Assembly: GCA_964016885.1 (NCBI GenBank)
Contig: OZ024740.1
Location: 431,644,001-431,708,000, forward strand
Length of the DNA: 64,000 bases
Source of the DNA: Eledone cirrhosa
Lineage: Eukaryota
Direction: 5' to 3'
The notes beneath the pieces were generated by a model. It did not search any database and had not been told where the DNA came from. It saw nothing but the letters and a program-made list of their open reading frames with translations. This document shows positions 40,579-52,419 of this stretch, piece after piece (positions within the stretch are counted from its first letter, which is position 1; every line of letters begins with the position of its first letter). Position numbers and translations under genes: made by a program.

Positions 40579-40584
40579 TTTATT
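40579..40584 (-). promoter_or_regulatory. Candidate poly(A) signal for TRAPPC8
   Basis: AATAAA ~690 nt downstream of the stop codon; other AATAAA hexamers nearby (~40550, ~40500). Confidence 0.3.
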
Positions 40585-41273
40585 ATTCTATCAGAGTTAA
40601 TGTTGACTGGAATTGAAACCAGATTTAATACACACTTTGTTGCTCAACTCCCATGAAACCCCCCCAAATCTGCAAATACAAGCTAAACTGTAGGACAAAT
40701 AAATAGAAATGCAACAATCAACTGAAAATCAATTTAAAAATAAATAATGACATATACTTAAAGGTCTGTGAAAAGGCAAAGTAAAACTTTAATAAGCTCC
40801 TTTACCAGAATAGTAAATACAATCAAAATATTTCACAATTACAAAGTTGCCATTTTCTTTTCTTCAGTTTTATAATCAAGTCTCATTAGCCAATACACAT
40901 CCATTCATCTAAGCTCTCTCGTCAATCTGTCATCTTAAGCAAGGTTCATTTCATGTGCACACTACAAACCAACATTTTGAAGTGCTACAGTGTGTGTGTC
41001 TGTGTGAGCTTCTGTATATATGTGTATTTGTGTCTTTGATTCATTCCAATGAATGGAGATTGTTCATATTAGCACTTTTGGAAAATCAGAAATAGTGTCA
41101 TTTTGGTGTTTAACTTAAAGTAATCACTGTTATTTTGGTGTTTAATTTAATCACCAACATTATTTTGCCTAAGTACCTTCATTCAGGAAAAAAAAAATTA
41201 AGTTGCTAAATTTATGAACTGGAAAAGAAAAAAACTTGTTTGTGTTGTTGTTGATTATGAAAGATGAGGCTCA

Positions 41274-41610
41274 TCATGAAGAAATATCACTTATAACAAC
41301 AAGACTGGGAGCACTCTGTTTCTGCAGGATCATCTCGGATGAATCAGTTGTATAGGTGACAAATACAGACAGCTGATTTATATTATAGACTCCAGGCTTG
41401 GAAAAACATGCAGTAAGGGTAACAGTCTGTGAGTGCTGAGGTCTTATATGTAAATCAATCAGCGAATGACCACACCATACAAAAGCATTGCTCTGACTTT
41501 GCTGGTACAAAGATAAATATGATGGTAATCCAACACATGGTGCAGGTGCCCCTATTCCAGATGAATTAGTTTCTGCTGAGATAAAAACCTGGTCACCACT
41601 ACTGCTCAGC
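41274..41610 (-). CDS. TRAPPC8: Trafficking protein particle complex subunit 8, last coding exon
   Basis: Acceptor TTTCTAG|G, then LSSSGDQ...AFVWCGHSLIDLHIRPQHSQTVTLTACFSKPGVYNINQLSVF...QSAPSLVVISDISS*. Resembles the vertebrate TRAPPC8 C-terminus as I recall it (FTWLG...LKACF..GVYNL...PALIII). Phase 2 matches the upstream exon. Confidence 0.9.
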
Positions 41611-42099
41611 CTAGAAATAACAGTAAAAATTGGTGTTTTTTTATTTTTATTTTTAGTTAAAAAAACAAATAATCATTTATCTTAATATTTTAATGAGAAA
41701 ATCTAATTAACTAAAACAATGAGTAGAACAATTGAAAATATTTAACATTTTAAAGATTGAATAATAATACAATTATATCACAGACTAAGTTAAGTCTTTT
41801 AGATTTTGTAAAACTTTCAGGGAATAAAATATATTTAAAAAAATAAAGGTTAATTTGTATAGATTAATTTTGCTGACAATTGATTATTCTTTATGAAATT
41901 GTAAAATAATTTGAAAATATTTCAATATTAAATATGTGTATATTAGAAGTTTATCTTTTAATGTTTTTACAATTCAGATCCTTTAGATAAAAGAACAAAA
42001 TGTATTAAATAGAAACCTTCTTTCACATTTAGTTAGCTTGTTAATAGTATATATGTGCATGTATTTATAGTGCTGGAATCACAAGAAAATGTTCCTAGT

Positions 42100-42269
42100 A
42101 CACAGTGTGAAGTGGTTGGCATTAGGAAAGGCATACAGCCATTAAAAACAGGCTAAAAGTGGAACATACAAGCAAGATATGGTCATTTGACCTGTCTAGC
42201 TTCAGTATGTGACAATCTGTCTAACCCTTGCAAACATGATGTATAATAAAGTTTAAATGGTGATGATAA

Positions 42270-42270
<1 letters not shown>
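42100..42270 (+). mobile_element. Degenerate RTE-tailed SINE/LINE 3' fragment
   Basis: GTGGTTGGCATTAGGAAAGGCATACAGCC motif and tail CTGTCTAACCCTTGCAAACATG...TTAAATGGTGATGAT. Confidence 0.6.
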
Positions 42271-42309
<39 letters not shown>

Positions 42310-42312
<3 letters not shown>

Positions 42313-42489
42313 TCATCACATTTAACATCTATTTTTCCATGCTAGCATGGGTTAGACGAGTTGTCCTGTTGTGAGTAATGCCAGGTCAGGTGACCATGTC
42401 TTGCTCATACAGAACTGATTTTGGCTTGGTACCTACAGCTGGATGTCCTTCCTAATGCCAACCTCATTTACAGGGAATACTGGATGCTT

Positions 42490-42490
<1 letters not shown>
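42310..42490 (-). mobile_element. RTE-tailed SINE/LINE 3' fragment
   Basis: Reverse complement has GGTTGGCATTAGGAAGGACATCCAGCTGTAG and tail CGTCTAACCCATGCTAGCATGGAAAAATAGATGTTAAATG(TGA)n. Confidence 0.7.
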
Positions 42491-42568
<78 letters not shown>

Positions 42569-42838
42569 GATGTATACACTTCTAATAATTGAGAACAAGT
42601 GAAAGTGTTGTTGCTACACTAAAGAATTGAGCCAATGAGCCAAGTTGTGTGTAGTTACATCCCTACACAGTGGTCCAGTAAATATTCCTTGCCTTTCTCA
42701 TGTATTTCATATATTTGAAATCCTTTAAAACTAAGGACAACATTCTCACTATAAAGACAGGATAACCATGGCTTAAATATTGACCAGACAAAATATAACC
42801 TACACTAATTAAAACAGCCAACATTATTATGTAAATAT

Positions 42839-43028
42839 AGGGCAGTGGATTGGCAGTATCGGTAGAGGGTCGGACGACATGCTTTGTAGCATAGAGTTAC
42901 GCCACTTTACGGTCTGAGTTCAAATCCCGCGGAGGTTAACTTTGCCTTTCATCCTTACGGGGTCGATAAAATAAAGTACCAGTAATGCACTGGGATCGAT
43001 TGCTGGCCTTGTGCCTAAAGTAGAAACA
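42839..43028 (+). mobile_element. tRNA-derived SINE (family A), full length
   Basis: A-box TGGCAGTATCGG, B-box GAGTTCAAATCC, same core and tail; ATTATTATGT on both flanks. Confidence 0.9.
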
Positions 43029-43099
43029 ATTATTATGTGTGTGTATATATATATCATCATCATTTTACGTCCACTTTTCCCTGCACAGCAACAAGTATA

Positions 43100-43525
43100 T
43101 AGGAACAACAACAAAAACAAATATGAAGACATCGCATCTCAGAGTTGCAACACTTAATGTTGGCACTCTCACAGGTAGATCTGCTGAAATAGCTGAGATG
43201 CTGGAGAGAAGACATGTGGATGTGTGCTGCGTGCAAGAGGTGAGATGGAGAGGTGCCTCTGCGAGACTAGTCGTAGGCAAACATCTTAGCTATAAGCTTT
43301 TCTGGGTAGGTAAGGATGATGGATTAAGGGGAGTAGGCATTTTCCTGGCTGAGAGATGGATCAATTAGACAATAGAAGTAGGTCGAGTTAGTAATCGAAT
43401 AATTAAGCTTAGATTAGTTGTAGGCAGGAGTCTACTGACAATCATCTCTGCCTATGCTTCCCAAGCAGGCCTAGGTAAAGAAGAGAAAGACTGCTTTTAT
43501 GAGCAACTTTTACAAACAACCGCAA
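43100..43525 (+). pseudogene. RTE-clade LINE APE endonuclease fragment
   Basis: LRVATLNVGTL...DVCCVQEVRW...GVGIFL*...RVSNRII...IISAYASQAG..EEKDCFYEQL; in-frame TAG at 43366-43368. Confidence 0.9.
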
Positions 43526-43536
43526 TATAGATATAT

Positions 43537-43758
43537 ATAGGAAAATGGTCAAGACCCCGACGGCAGAGCTCAAGCCGTTTCAACGGCTATTTCTGGACTA
43601 AATTAGATTTTTAGCGTGGTAATAAATAGCCGAACTTTTCAAGGGGTAATTCCTTAAAAGTTCGGCTATTTATTACCACGCTAAAAATCTAATTTAGTCC
43701 AGAAATAGCCGTCGAAACGGCTTGAGCTCCGCTGTCGGCGTCTTGAACATTTTCCTAT
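43537..43758. repeat. Long inverted repeat (103-bp arms, 16-nt loop)
   Basis: 43537-43639 vs 43656-43758, 5 mismatches by eye; the whole insert to ~43850 is flanked by (TA)n. Confidence 0.92.
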
Positions 43759-43872
43759 TACCCACTCTACTACCCTTAGTATTGAGTACTCTGGTACATT
43801 ATGGTCCACCTGGTTCCTTACCACACTTCCTTCGTTATATATATATATAGACGACGGTGATGATGATGATGA

Positions 43873-44385
43873 GATGGTAGCCACGGACTAGGCAGACCCA
43901 GAAAAACCTGGGACGACTTGATAAATTCTGACGTCACACACTTACACCTCTCCAAGACAATGTCACTGGACCGAGATCTTTGGCGATACACAGTCATACA
44001 GAAGACCCGCTTTGCCTAAGTACAAAGCAAAACCTGCAGTCAGTAGGCACCTCTAACAAAATACACCCCCGTCCCATCCAGACCACCCCTTTTGATGTAA
44101 AGTTATGTTGGTACCATAACATCCAGTCCAAAATAAATGAGGTTGTGTAGGTGTCACGACAAAAAACACACACAGTCCACGCTGTAATGTGGCCGTGTAG
44201 GTAACACGGTAAAAACCTCCCAGTCCACACTGTAAACGTGATTGGTGTTAGGAAGGGCATCCAGCCGTAGAAAACCCGCCAGACAGTCCTATACGAGCAG
44301 GACAACAAATCTTGCCTCAAGTGGGAAAACTCCCGTCCAAACCCATGCTAGCGTGGAGGATGGACGTTACACCATGATGATATAT
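43873..44385 (+). pseudogene. RTE-clade LINE C-terminus and 3' UTR
   Basis: GRPRKTWDDLINSD...MSLDRDLWRYTV..* (stop 44017-44019), then GGTGTTAGGAAGGGCATCCAGCCGTAG and tail CCCATGCTAGCGTGG..GGACGTTA..(TGA)n. Confidence 0.82.
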
Positions 44386-44864
44386 ATATGATGGCTGCCC
44401 CCTCGTTATCGAGTATGGCCATTGCATGATATACCATTATTAATAATTATTAATTAATTCTATCGTGCAATGCCTGTACGCGAAGATATTTTTTAAAGTG
44501 AGGAAAGACTGTGCACTGAGCTAATCCCACTCTCTGAGCGACTGTAGCTATAACCTGAAAAGAAGAAAAGATCAACATCATCTGTAACTACTGAGCCGCA
44601 GGTTTTATATCGGAGTTACCCGTTTCCTGAGTTGCCTTCTCCTAGAAGAATGCCCTGACAAAGTGTAGGAGTCCTTTACTCCCAGTGGTTTAACCGCGCG
44701 ATCGGGTATCTAGCCCGACTATTTCTATGTCTCTGTGCATATACATACACATGCACCCATGTATATACACATATACATACATATGTACATGTGTATATAC
44801 ATATTTACAACACTTTGGGATGGCCGTTAACTCTTATGAGTTCTTCCGCCCTTTGATGAGGACG

Positions 44865-44899
<35 letters not shown>

Positions 44900-45360
44900 G
44901 CTAATTAATGTTAACAACAACAATAATAGTAGTAGCTAATATTAATCTTAAATAAATAAAATAGTAACATACATTGAAATATCTCTAACACCTAAAACAT
45001 AGCTTTGTTACAAATTATCTCAACAAGGCTTAAGAAATTAAAGTGAGATTTATAATAGTCAGGACTTTTGTTGAGGTATTTTAGACAATTTCTGTTAAAT
45101 ATTCAACATTTAGAATGGTTTTAATATTCTTTCATCATCATCATCTAGTTTTATTTGATTTTTATTTGAATTGAATTTGAAAAATTTAGATCAGCTGCTT
45201 CAACTTAATGTGATATTTGGTAAGATAACTAAAAAACCTAAGATATTCTTCTAATTAACTTATGGATGTGACATTCACATTAACTGAACAAAAAAACACT
45301 AAGATGGTATTTTTAACTTAACCAAATATTCTGTAAGATTATATTGGAATGTCTTAATTT

Positions 45361-46247
45361 AAATAAGAACAGTTTAAAATGGGTGGTTTAAGTGAAACTA
45401 GTATCAAAATAGGAACTGTTTAAAATGGGTGGTTTAGGTGAGACTAGTATCAAAATAGGAACTGTTTAAAATGGGTGGTTTAGGTGAGACTAGTATCAAA
45501 ATAAGAACTGTTTAAAATGGGTAGCTTAGGTGAGACTAGTATCAAAATAGGAACTGTTTAAAATGGGTGGTTTAGGTGAGACTAGTATCAAAATAGGAAC
45601 TGTTTAAAATGGGTGGTTTAGGTGAGACTAGTATCAAAATAGGAACTGTTTAAAATGGGTAGCTTAGGTGAGACTAGTATCAAAATAGGAACTGTTTAAA
45701 ATGGGTAGCTTAGGTGAGACTAGTATCAAAATAGGAACTGTTTAAAATGGGTAGCTTAGGTGAGACTAGTATCAAAATAGGAACTGTTTAAAATGGGTGG
45801 TTTAGGTGAGACTAGTATCAAAATAGGAACTGTTTAAAATGGGTGGTTTAGGTGAGACTAGTATCAAAATAGGAACTGTTTAAAATGGGTAGCTTAGGTG
45901 AGACTAGTATCAAAATAGGAACTGTTTAAAATGGGTAGCTTAGGTGAGACTAGTATCAAAATAGGAACTGTTTAAAATGGGTGGTTTAGGTGAGACTAGT
46001 ATCAAAATAGGAACTGTTTAAAATGGGTGGTTTAGGTGAGACTAGTATCAAAATAGGAACTGTTTAAAATGGGTAGCTTAGGTGAGACTAGTATCAAAAT
46101 AGGAACTGTTTAAAATGGGTAGCTTAGGTGAGACTAGTATCAAAATAGGAACTGTTTAAAATGGGTGGTTTAGGTGAGACTAGTATCAAAATAGGAACTG
46201 TTTAAAATGGGTAGCTTAGGTGAGACTAGTATCAAAATAGGAACTGT
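45361..46247. repeat. 46-bp minisatellite, 19 copies
   Basis: TGTTTAAAATGGGT(GGT/AGC)TTAGGTGAGACTAGTATCAAAATAGGAAC. Confidence 0.97.
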
Positions 46248-46384
46248 GTAGGTCAGATTAATATCAAAAAGATTAATTACAGTATATATTTTTTTCAAAT
46301 CAGATTTACTGCTACTACAATCATTTTTACTCCTTCCGAATCACATGTTCCACAGTATTTCAGAAAAAAACCACTCTCCGCTCC

Positions 46385-46590
46385 TGTCACAACCCCCAAT
46401 AGTTTAAACAATGCTACTGTGTCACAACCCCTAATAGTTTAAACAATGCTACTGTGTCACAATCTCCAATAGTTTAAACAATGCTATTGTATCACAACCC
46501 CCAATAGTTTAAACAATGCTATTGTATCACAACCCCCAATAGTTTAAACAATGCTATTGTATCACAACCCCCAATAATTTAAATGCTATC
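46385..46590. repeat. 35-bp minisatellite, ~6 copies
   Basis: TGTCACAACCCCCAATAGTTTAAACAATGCTACTG. Confidence 0.92.
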
Positions 46591-47469
46591 CATTCCCTTT
46601 CCTTTAGTTAAACACCTACATGTATTATATAGCTAAACTAAGGCCAGAAAAAAGATTTTCTATCACTGAATAAGGTTAAAATTTACTTTTTTAAGGAAGG
46701 AAATATTTTCAATCATCTATATTTAACATCATTCTTCCACACTAGCATTATATATATATATGAAATAAAAAATAAAAAATTTACAGCTGAAACCTCTGCA
46801 GGTTAACCTGGCCTCATATGAGGTTGTAACAGATTTCTCAGGTATTATATATATATCTATCTATATATATAGAGAGAGAGATATAGTAAGAGTTGCACTA
46901 GCAGCTGAAGTAAATGATAAAGTTATATCTATATAAATACTGAGTGTGTAACCGAGACTGCACCAACATGTATAAATATATATATATATATATATCTAAT
47001 ATGTAGGCATGTAAATATTCCAGAAAATACGAATTTCCCTGTAAACTGAAAAAATGACAAACATCTTTAATTTTCAAATCTAATTAGACCCTCATCAAAA
47101 GACAGGTATATCATCCAATCAACCATAAGGAAACATGTATTTCATGGGTATATCTAACCATTCAATCTTAGTATTATTCTGAAATGAACATACTAATTTG
47201 CATATAATTAGTGCTTGTGTTAGGAATTAAGATAAAATTTAGCCTACACTTCAGCTGGTAGAGCACTTACTAACAGCTAAGGTAGAACAACTTGAGGGAA
47301 AACTTGAGAAAAGTCCGATGATAGCACTGGGCTGGAATTGATCCTGATAAGATGAAAGGCAAAGCGGACTTGGGCAGGATTTAAACTCTGATCCCAGAGA
47401 ACCAAATAATGATGTAATAATAGCCATGTGACCATCTTAATGCCTTTTACATACAGACAAGATTAATAA

Positions 47470-47705
47470 TGTGGGTTCAATTCCTGGCTTGTGTGTTGTG
47501 TACTGGAGCAAAACACTTCATTTCATGTTGCTCCAGTATACTCAAATGAAAAAGAGTACCAGCAATAGCTGGGAGTTTAACCCTGCGATGGACTAGGGTC
47601 CTGTCCAGGGGGGGAGTCTTGTACTTTCAGTTGCTTCATGCCATGAAAACCAGGATAAGAACCAGCCTGGTGAGCCTCCAAGCTCGAGACTGACTTTAGA
47701 CTTTT
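47470..47705 (+). mobile_element. SINE family B (tRNA head partly lost; CORE-like central motif)
   Basis: B-box GGTTCAATTCC, GTGTTGTGTACTGGAGCAAAACACTT, CCCTGCGATGGACTAG..CCAGGGG; paralogous to 49032-49352. Confidence 0.7.
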
Positions 47706-48308
47706 TAGATTTGTGTAGTTATATTTCTAAACCATTCACAAAGTTGGATTAACTCTAAAATGTTGGCAATTTATAATAATAGTGAAGAGAAATTTTGAAA
47801 CGTGACTCAAGAACCAAAATAATAAAAGCAGTGATTCTGAAGCTAAAATGTTGCTTACAAAACAGATCCATGCTGAAATATCTCAATATATTCAGTCCCA
47901 TTAATATGTGAAGCAAAATAATAATAATAATAACTAGTGGTCAGAACTAAAGCATGGAAATATGAGAAATGGATCAAGACTAATGAAATAAAGCAAAGTA
48001 GATGTGAAAAGCCAAATAAAATAATACGCATTATAATTTAAATATATATTAAACCAAATTGCTAACGTTTTTTTTAAATATAAAAAAAGGAAAATATTTC
48101 TGGTCCCATTTCTCTATCTCATTGGAATTCACAGGTAAAATTATAGAAATTATTTTAATTGTTAAATAATTTAGAGACTTGGAGATAGAATTTATAAGTA
48201 AGATAAAAAATCTATAATCAGTCTTAGCTTTGATATTTCATTGATATAAAATATATATATTGAGAAATTTGGAGTAACAATACCATCAGAATGACTAACA
48301 GTACTTAC

Positions 48309-48398
48309 CTTTCAGGTGATTTTCCTGTATCAATGAGAACATGTACAGGAACTCGTGAACAGTTGCATAAAATCATTCTTACTGGCAGCAGACATAAA
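48309..48398 (-). CDS. TRAPPC8: TRAPPC8 penultimate coding exon (90 bp)
   Basis: TTTCTAG| ... AAG|GTAAGT; LCLLPVRMILCNCSRVPVHVLIDTGKSPER resembles vertebrate LCLVPVTLLLSNCS; phase 2-2 consistent with its neighbours. Confidence 0.9.
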
Positions 48399-49031
48399 CT
48401 AGAAATATTATAAAAACAAATTTGTTGAAGAAAGATCATGTACAATGTGGATTCCTATGTATTATAACATGGGAGCCAAATGTAGTTATAAATAAGTGTT
48501 GATGTTCTCTCTCTTTCACTTACTGTCTCAGTCTCTCTCTCCCTATCTCTTACTATTATAAGTAAATGGAGGCCCATGTGCAGGCCACCCAGCAGCCCTG
48601 GCAGACAGAATAGAGGTGTTTCCCTAGTGGATGGTGAGGGAGATGCGTTATAAAAGCAGCCATTCCAGCTTGTGAGGCTCACACCTGTGGGTAGCCAAAT
48701 CTGTGCCGATGGTGGCGAGTAGTGAGGGGGTCCTAAGGCCAAAAACATCAGAAGTCTCCACTGCTATAGGCTTGACCACAAACCCGTCAGAGAGCAATCA
48801 ATATTTGGAGAGTTTACCCTCCTCGGCCTAAGTGCAGCAGAGCCTAGATTTGTTGCAGACAATAGAGTCCTCAGATATCCCTTTCAGAGGGTTGTTAGAA
48901 GCAACCATTTCCAAATGATATGGCTAGAGACCCAAGCAAAATTGAATGAGCCTATGGTCTACCTCTGGGTCTCCTGCTAGTTCACTTTGCCATAGTAAGC
49001 TCTTTTATTTGGTTGTCTCCCTCTTCTAGAT

Positions 49032-49352
49032 AGGAGGCATGTGACCTAGTGGTAAGGGTGTTCTGTGGAGGTATGTGGCCTAATGGTAAGGGTGTTGGAT
49101 TTATGATCATAATGTCGTAGGTTTGATTCCTGGACTGGGTTGTGTGTTGTGTTCTTGAGCAAAACACTTCATTTCATATTGCTCCAGTATACTCAGCTGA
49201 AAATGAGTGCCAGCAATAGCTGGGGGTTTAACCCTGTAATGGACTAGCATCCTTTCCAGGGGGGGGGGGGGGGTGTCTTGTACTCTCAGTCACTTCATGC
49301 CATAAACCAGGATAAGCACCAACCGGATGAGTTAGAGATAGACTTTAGACTC
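49032..49352 (+). mobile_element. SINE family B with duplicated A-box head
   Basis: GGAGGCATGTGACCTAGTGGTAAGGGTGTT followed by GGAGGTATGTGGCCTAATGGTAAGGGTGTT; B-box GGTTTGATTCC; body matches 47470-47705. Confidence 0.75.
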
Positions 49353-49512
49353 CTAGATAGATGTGAGACTTTATCTAGCTTATCAGTTGAAATACACATT
49401 TGTTTATCTCACTTTTCTCTTTACTGATCACATTTTAACAGCTTCCACATCTTAGACAAATTATTCCACTAACACAAACATGCTTTAAACACAACCAATT
49501 GACCATTTAAAT

Positions 49513-50690
49513 CTGTTATATATATCTGCCCACTCATATATATCTACACTGTTATATAACTACACTGTTATATATCTACACTGTTATATAACTATACACT
49601 GTTATATAACTACACATTGTTATATAACTACACATTGTTATATAACTACACATTGTTATATAACTACACGTTGTTATATAACTACACACTGTTATATAAC
49701 TACACTGTTATATAACTATACACTTATATAACTACACTGTTATATATCTACACTGTTATCTACACTGTTATATAACTACACTGTTATATATCTACCCCCT
49801 CATATATATCTACACTGTTATATATCCACACTTATATATCTACACTGTTATATACCTACACTTATATAACTACACTTATCTACCTACACTGTTATATACC
49901 TACACATATATAACTACACTGTTATATATCTACATTTATATATCTACTGTTATATATCTGCACTGTCATATACCTACACTGTTATATAACTAGACACTTA
50001 TATAACTACACAGTTATACATCTACATTTATATATCTACCCACTCATATATATCTACAGTTATATACCTACACTGTTATATAACTACACTGTTATATATC
50101 TACAGTTATATATCTACCCACTCATATATATCTACACTGTTATATATCCACACTTATATATCTACACTGTTATATATCTACACTGTTAGATAACTACACT
50201 GTCATATACCTACACTGTTATATATCAACAGTTATATAACACTTATATACCTACACACTGTTATATACCTATACTGTTATATATCAACATTTATATAACT
50301 ACACTGTTATATATCTACACTGTTACATAAGTACACTGCTATATATCAACACTTATATAACTACATTGTTATATGTTTACACTGTTATATAACACATATA
50401 CCTACACACATATATCTACACTGTTATATAACACATATACCTACACACTGTTATATAAGTGCATTATTATATATCTACACTTATATAAGTACACTATTAT
50501 ATATCTACACTTATATAACTACACTGTTATATATCTACATTGTTACATAACACTTATATACCTACACTGTTACATATCTACACACTGTTATATAACTGCA
50601 CTGTCATATATCCACACTGTTATATAACTACACTTATATCTACACTGTTACATAACTACACTTATATCTACACACTGTTATATATGTACA
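49513..50690. repeat. Degenerate 15-18-bp tandem repeat
   Basis: CTACACTGTTATATA(A/T) units. Confidence 0.9.
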
Positions 50691-50802
50691 TTTTCTATAA
50701 AACTCTACAACACAAATTAGGTAATTTGTGTTTTAGAAAGTTATTTTGTGGAAGGTTCTACAGGAGTATGGTTTCAACAGACATCTAACATACAGATTTA
50801 TA

Positions 50803-51435
50803 CTAGGCTAATTACCCGCACCTTGCTGCATTTCACACATTTTTATTTTTTTGTAAGAAAATTATTAATTTTAAATCAGTGATATAATTTATGGAGAAAA
50901 ACTCTGCATTTCAATATTACTCAATGTAAAATGTAATGCATGAAAAATTGGAAAACATTATTAAAATTTATTCTTATTTTGTTTCTTGTAAATAATTTTT
51001 TTAAAAATATCAATTCAAAACTTTTGTGAATAGGCATCATAGCTTGTCAATTACCTATGGTTTAAATTTCATATAAATTAAAGGGAAACATTTTCAGTGG
51101 GGTTTGTGCCCACGGGGAACCCAAATAGGGGGTTTAACCCCCATTAGGGTATCTTAATATTATTGAAATTTGCTGAAATTTTGTGAATAGGCATCATATC
51201 TTGTCATTTACCTATGGTTTAAATTTCATATAGAAATCGAAGGGAAAAAATTTCCAGTGGGGGTTTGTGCTCCTGGAGAACCTTTTGATTAAAATGAAAT
51301 ATACTTATCCAAGTACCCTGGGCAATGTAGTTTCAAAATATATATTGTTATGGAGGTCTATCTTCAAAACCATAGGAGGAGTTCGTGAACAAACAAACAA
51401 AAAAATAGACAGGAACTACAACTTTATATATATAT
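50803..51435 (-). mobile_element. Possible non-autonomous Helitron-like element
   Basis: CTAG|T terminus with a degenerate GC-rich subterminal hairpin (ACCCGCACCTTGCTGC). (ACAA)n/GACA tract near the other end. Internal ~158-bp-spaced direct repeat (TTTTGTGAATAGGCATCATA at ~51022 and ~51179). Confidence 0.45.
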
Positions 51436-51668
51436 ACATTCTTACCAAATTATTTAGGTAAACTCTGACTTGACTCATGTTGGAAATTAAGATCTATATT
51501 TGAATCTGTCCTATTTAACTTCAACTTATTATTGTTATATTCTATTAAGAAGATCAGAAAATAATGTAGAAAATAAAAAGAACAAAAAGAATATATAATC
51601 CAATCTTGTTATTTCAATGAACAATCTTCAATTTATTACATCAGAAGTTTAGAAAACAATTATCTTAC

Positions 51669-51814
51669 CACTTTTTCTTAAATTTATGTTTAATATTAGA
51701 GTCATGTGAGAAATTGTAGTGAACCAAATGTGTGCTAACTTCAAGGCTAGGTTTAGCTACGGCTATATTTTCAATGTCTTTTATGAATTTCAATGGACCC
51801 ACATCAGGTTGCTG
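51669..51814 (-). CDS. TRAPPC8: TRAPPC8 antepenultimate coding exon (146 bp)
   Basis: AATTCCAG|CAG ... GTG|GTAAGA; QQPDVGPLKFIKDIENIAVAKPSLEVSTHLVHYNFSHDSNIKHKFKKKC resembles vertebrate LLKFFRPENITVSSRPS...HPF; splices in frame to 48398. Confidence 0.88.
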
Positions 51815-51952
51815 CTGGAATTAAATGAAAAATAAGTGAATTTATGATTTTACAGAGAACTAAACTTTATAAATTGAAAATATAGTTAAATACGATATTA
51901 TTATTATACAGGAATAAACTATATAATTAGAGTTCTTCTTCAAATATATTAC

Positions 51953-52175
51953 TTTGAACATGTGAGTGTCCCAAATGCAAACTATAACGAATAACAGTCA
52001 CTATAGATAGTAATTGATAAAATTGGGTAAATTATCGTCAGAAATAGGAACTTGAAGAGACAGGCACTGCCTTTTCTCATCTTTAAGTAATTTACCCAAT
52101 TTTCTCAACTATTGTCTATAGTGAACAACCATTATTACAAGTATTTTCTGCACTTGGGACTATCACATTTTCAAA
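51953..52175. mobile_element. Foldback/MITE-like imperfect palindrome
   Basis: TTTGAACATGTGAGTGTCCCAAATGCA pairs with TGCACTTGGGACTATCACATTTTCAAA; TCACTATAGA..AAAATTGGGTAAATTA pairs with TAATTTACCCAATTTT..TCTATAGTGA. Confidence 0.75.
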
Positions 52176-52419
52176 TTTCAAACATTCCCAGTGTTTTAAT
52201 AATTCACTAAACCACTTATTACTATTTTAAGAATATTTGGTACTGAAGTTTATATTAATATTAGCTTGTGTTTATTTAGATCCTTAAAAACAAATGGAAA
52301 TTTAACTTTCAAACATCTTCCTAAAATACTGTTTATGTAACTTTATTAAAGTTGTACTGGTAGATATTAGAAGATGGCAGCTAAATCAGAACTGGATCAG
52401 GTCTTAAACTTAGAAACCC

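Noticed and set aside
44390-44730. GC-richer segment, probably another repeat fragment
   Set aside because: No second copy or diagnostic motif in the window, so it cannot be classified
48560-48990. Possible decayed LINE remnant
   Set aside because: Only weak similarity to 36650-36900; no convincing translated motif
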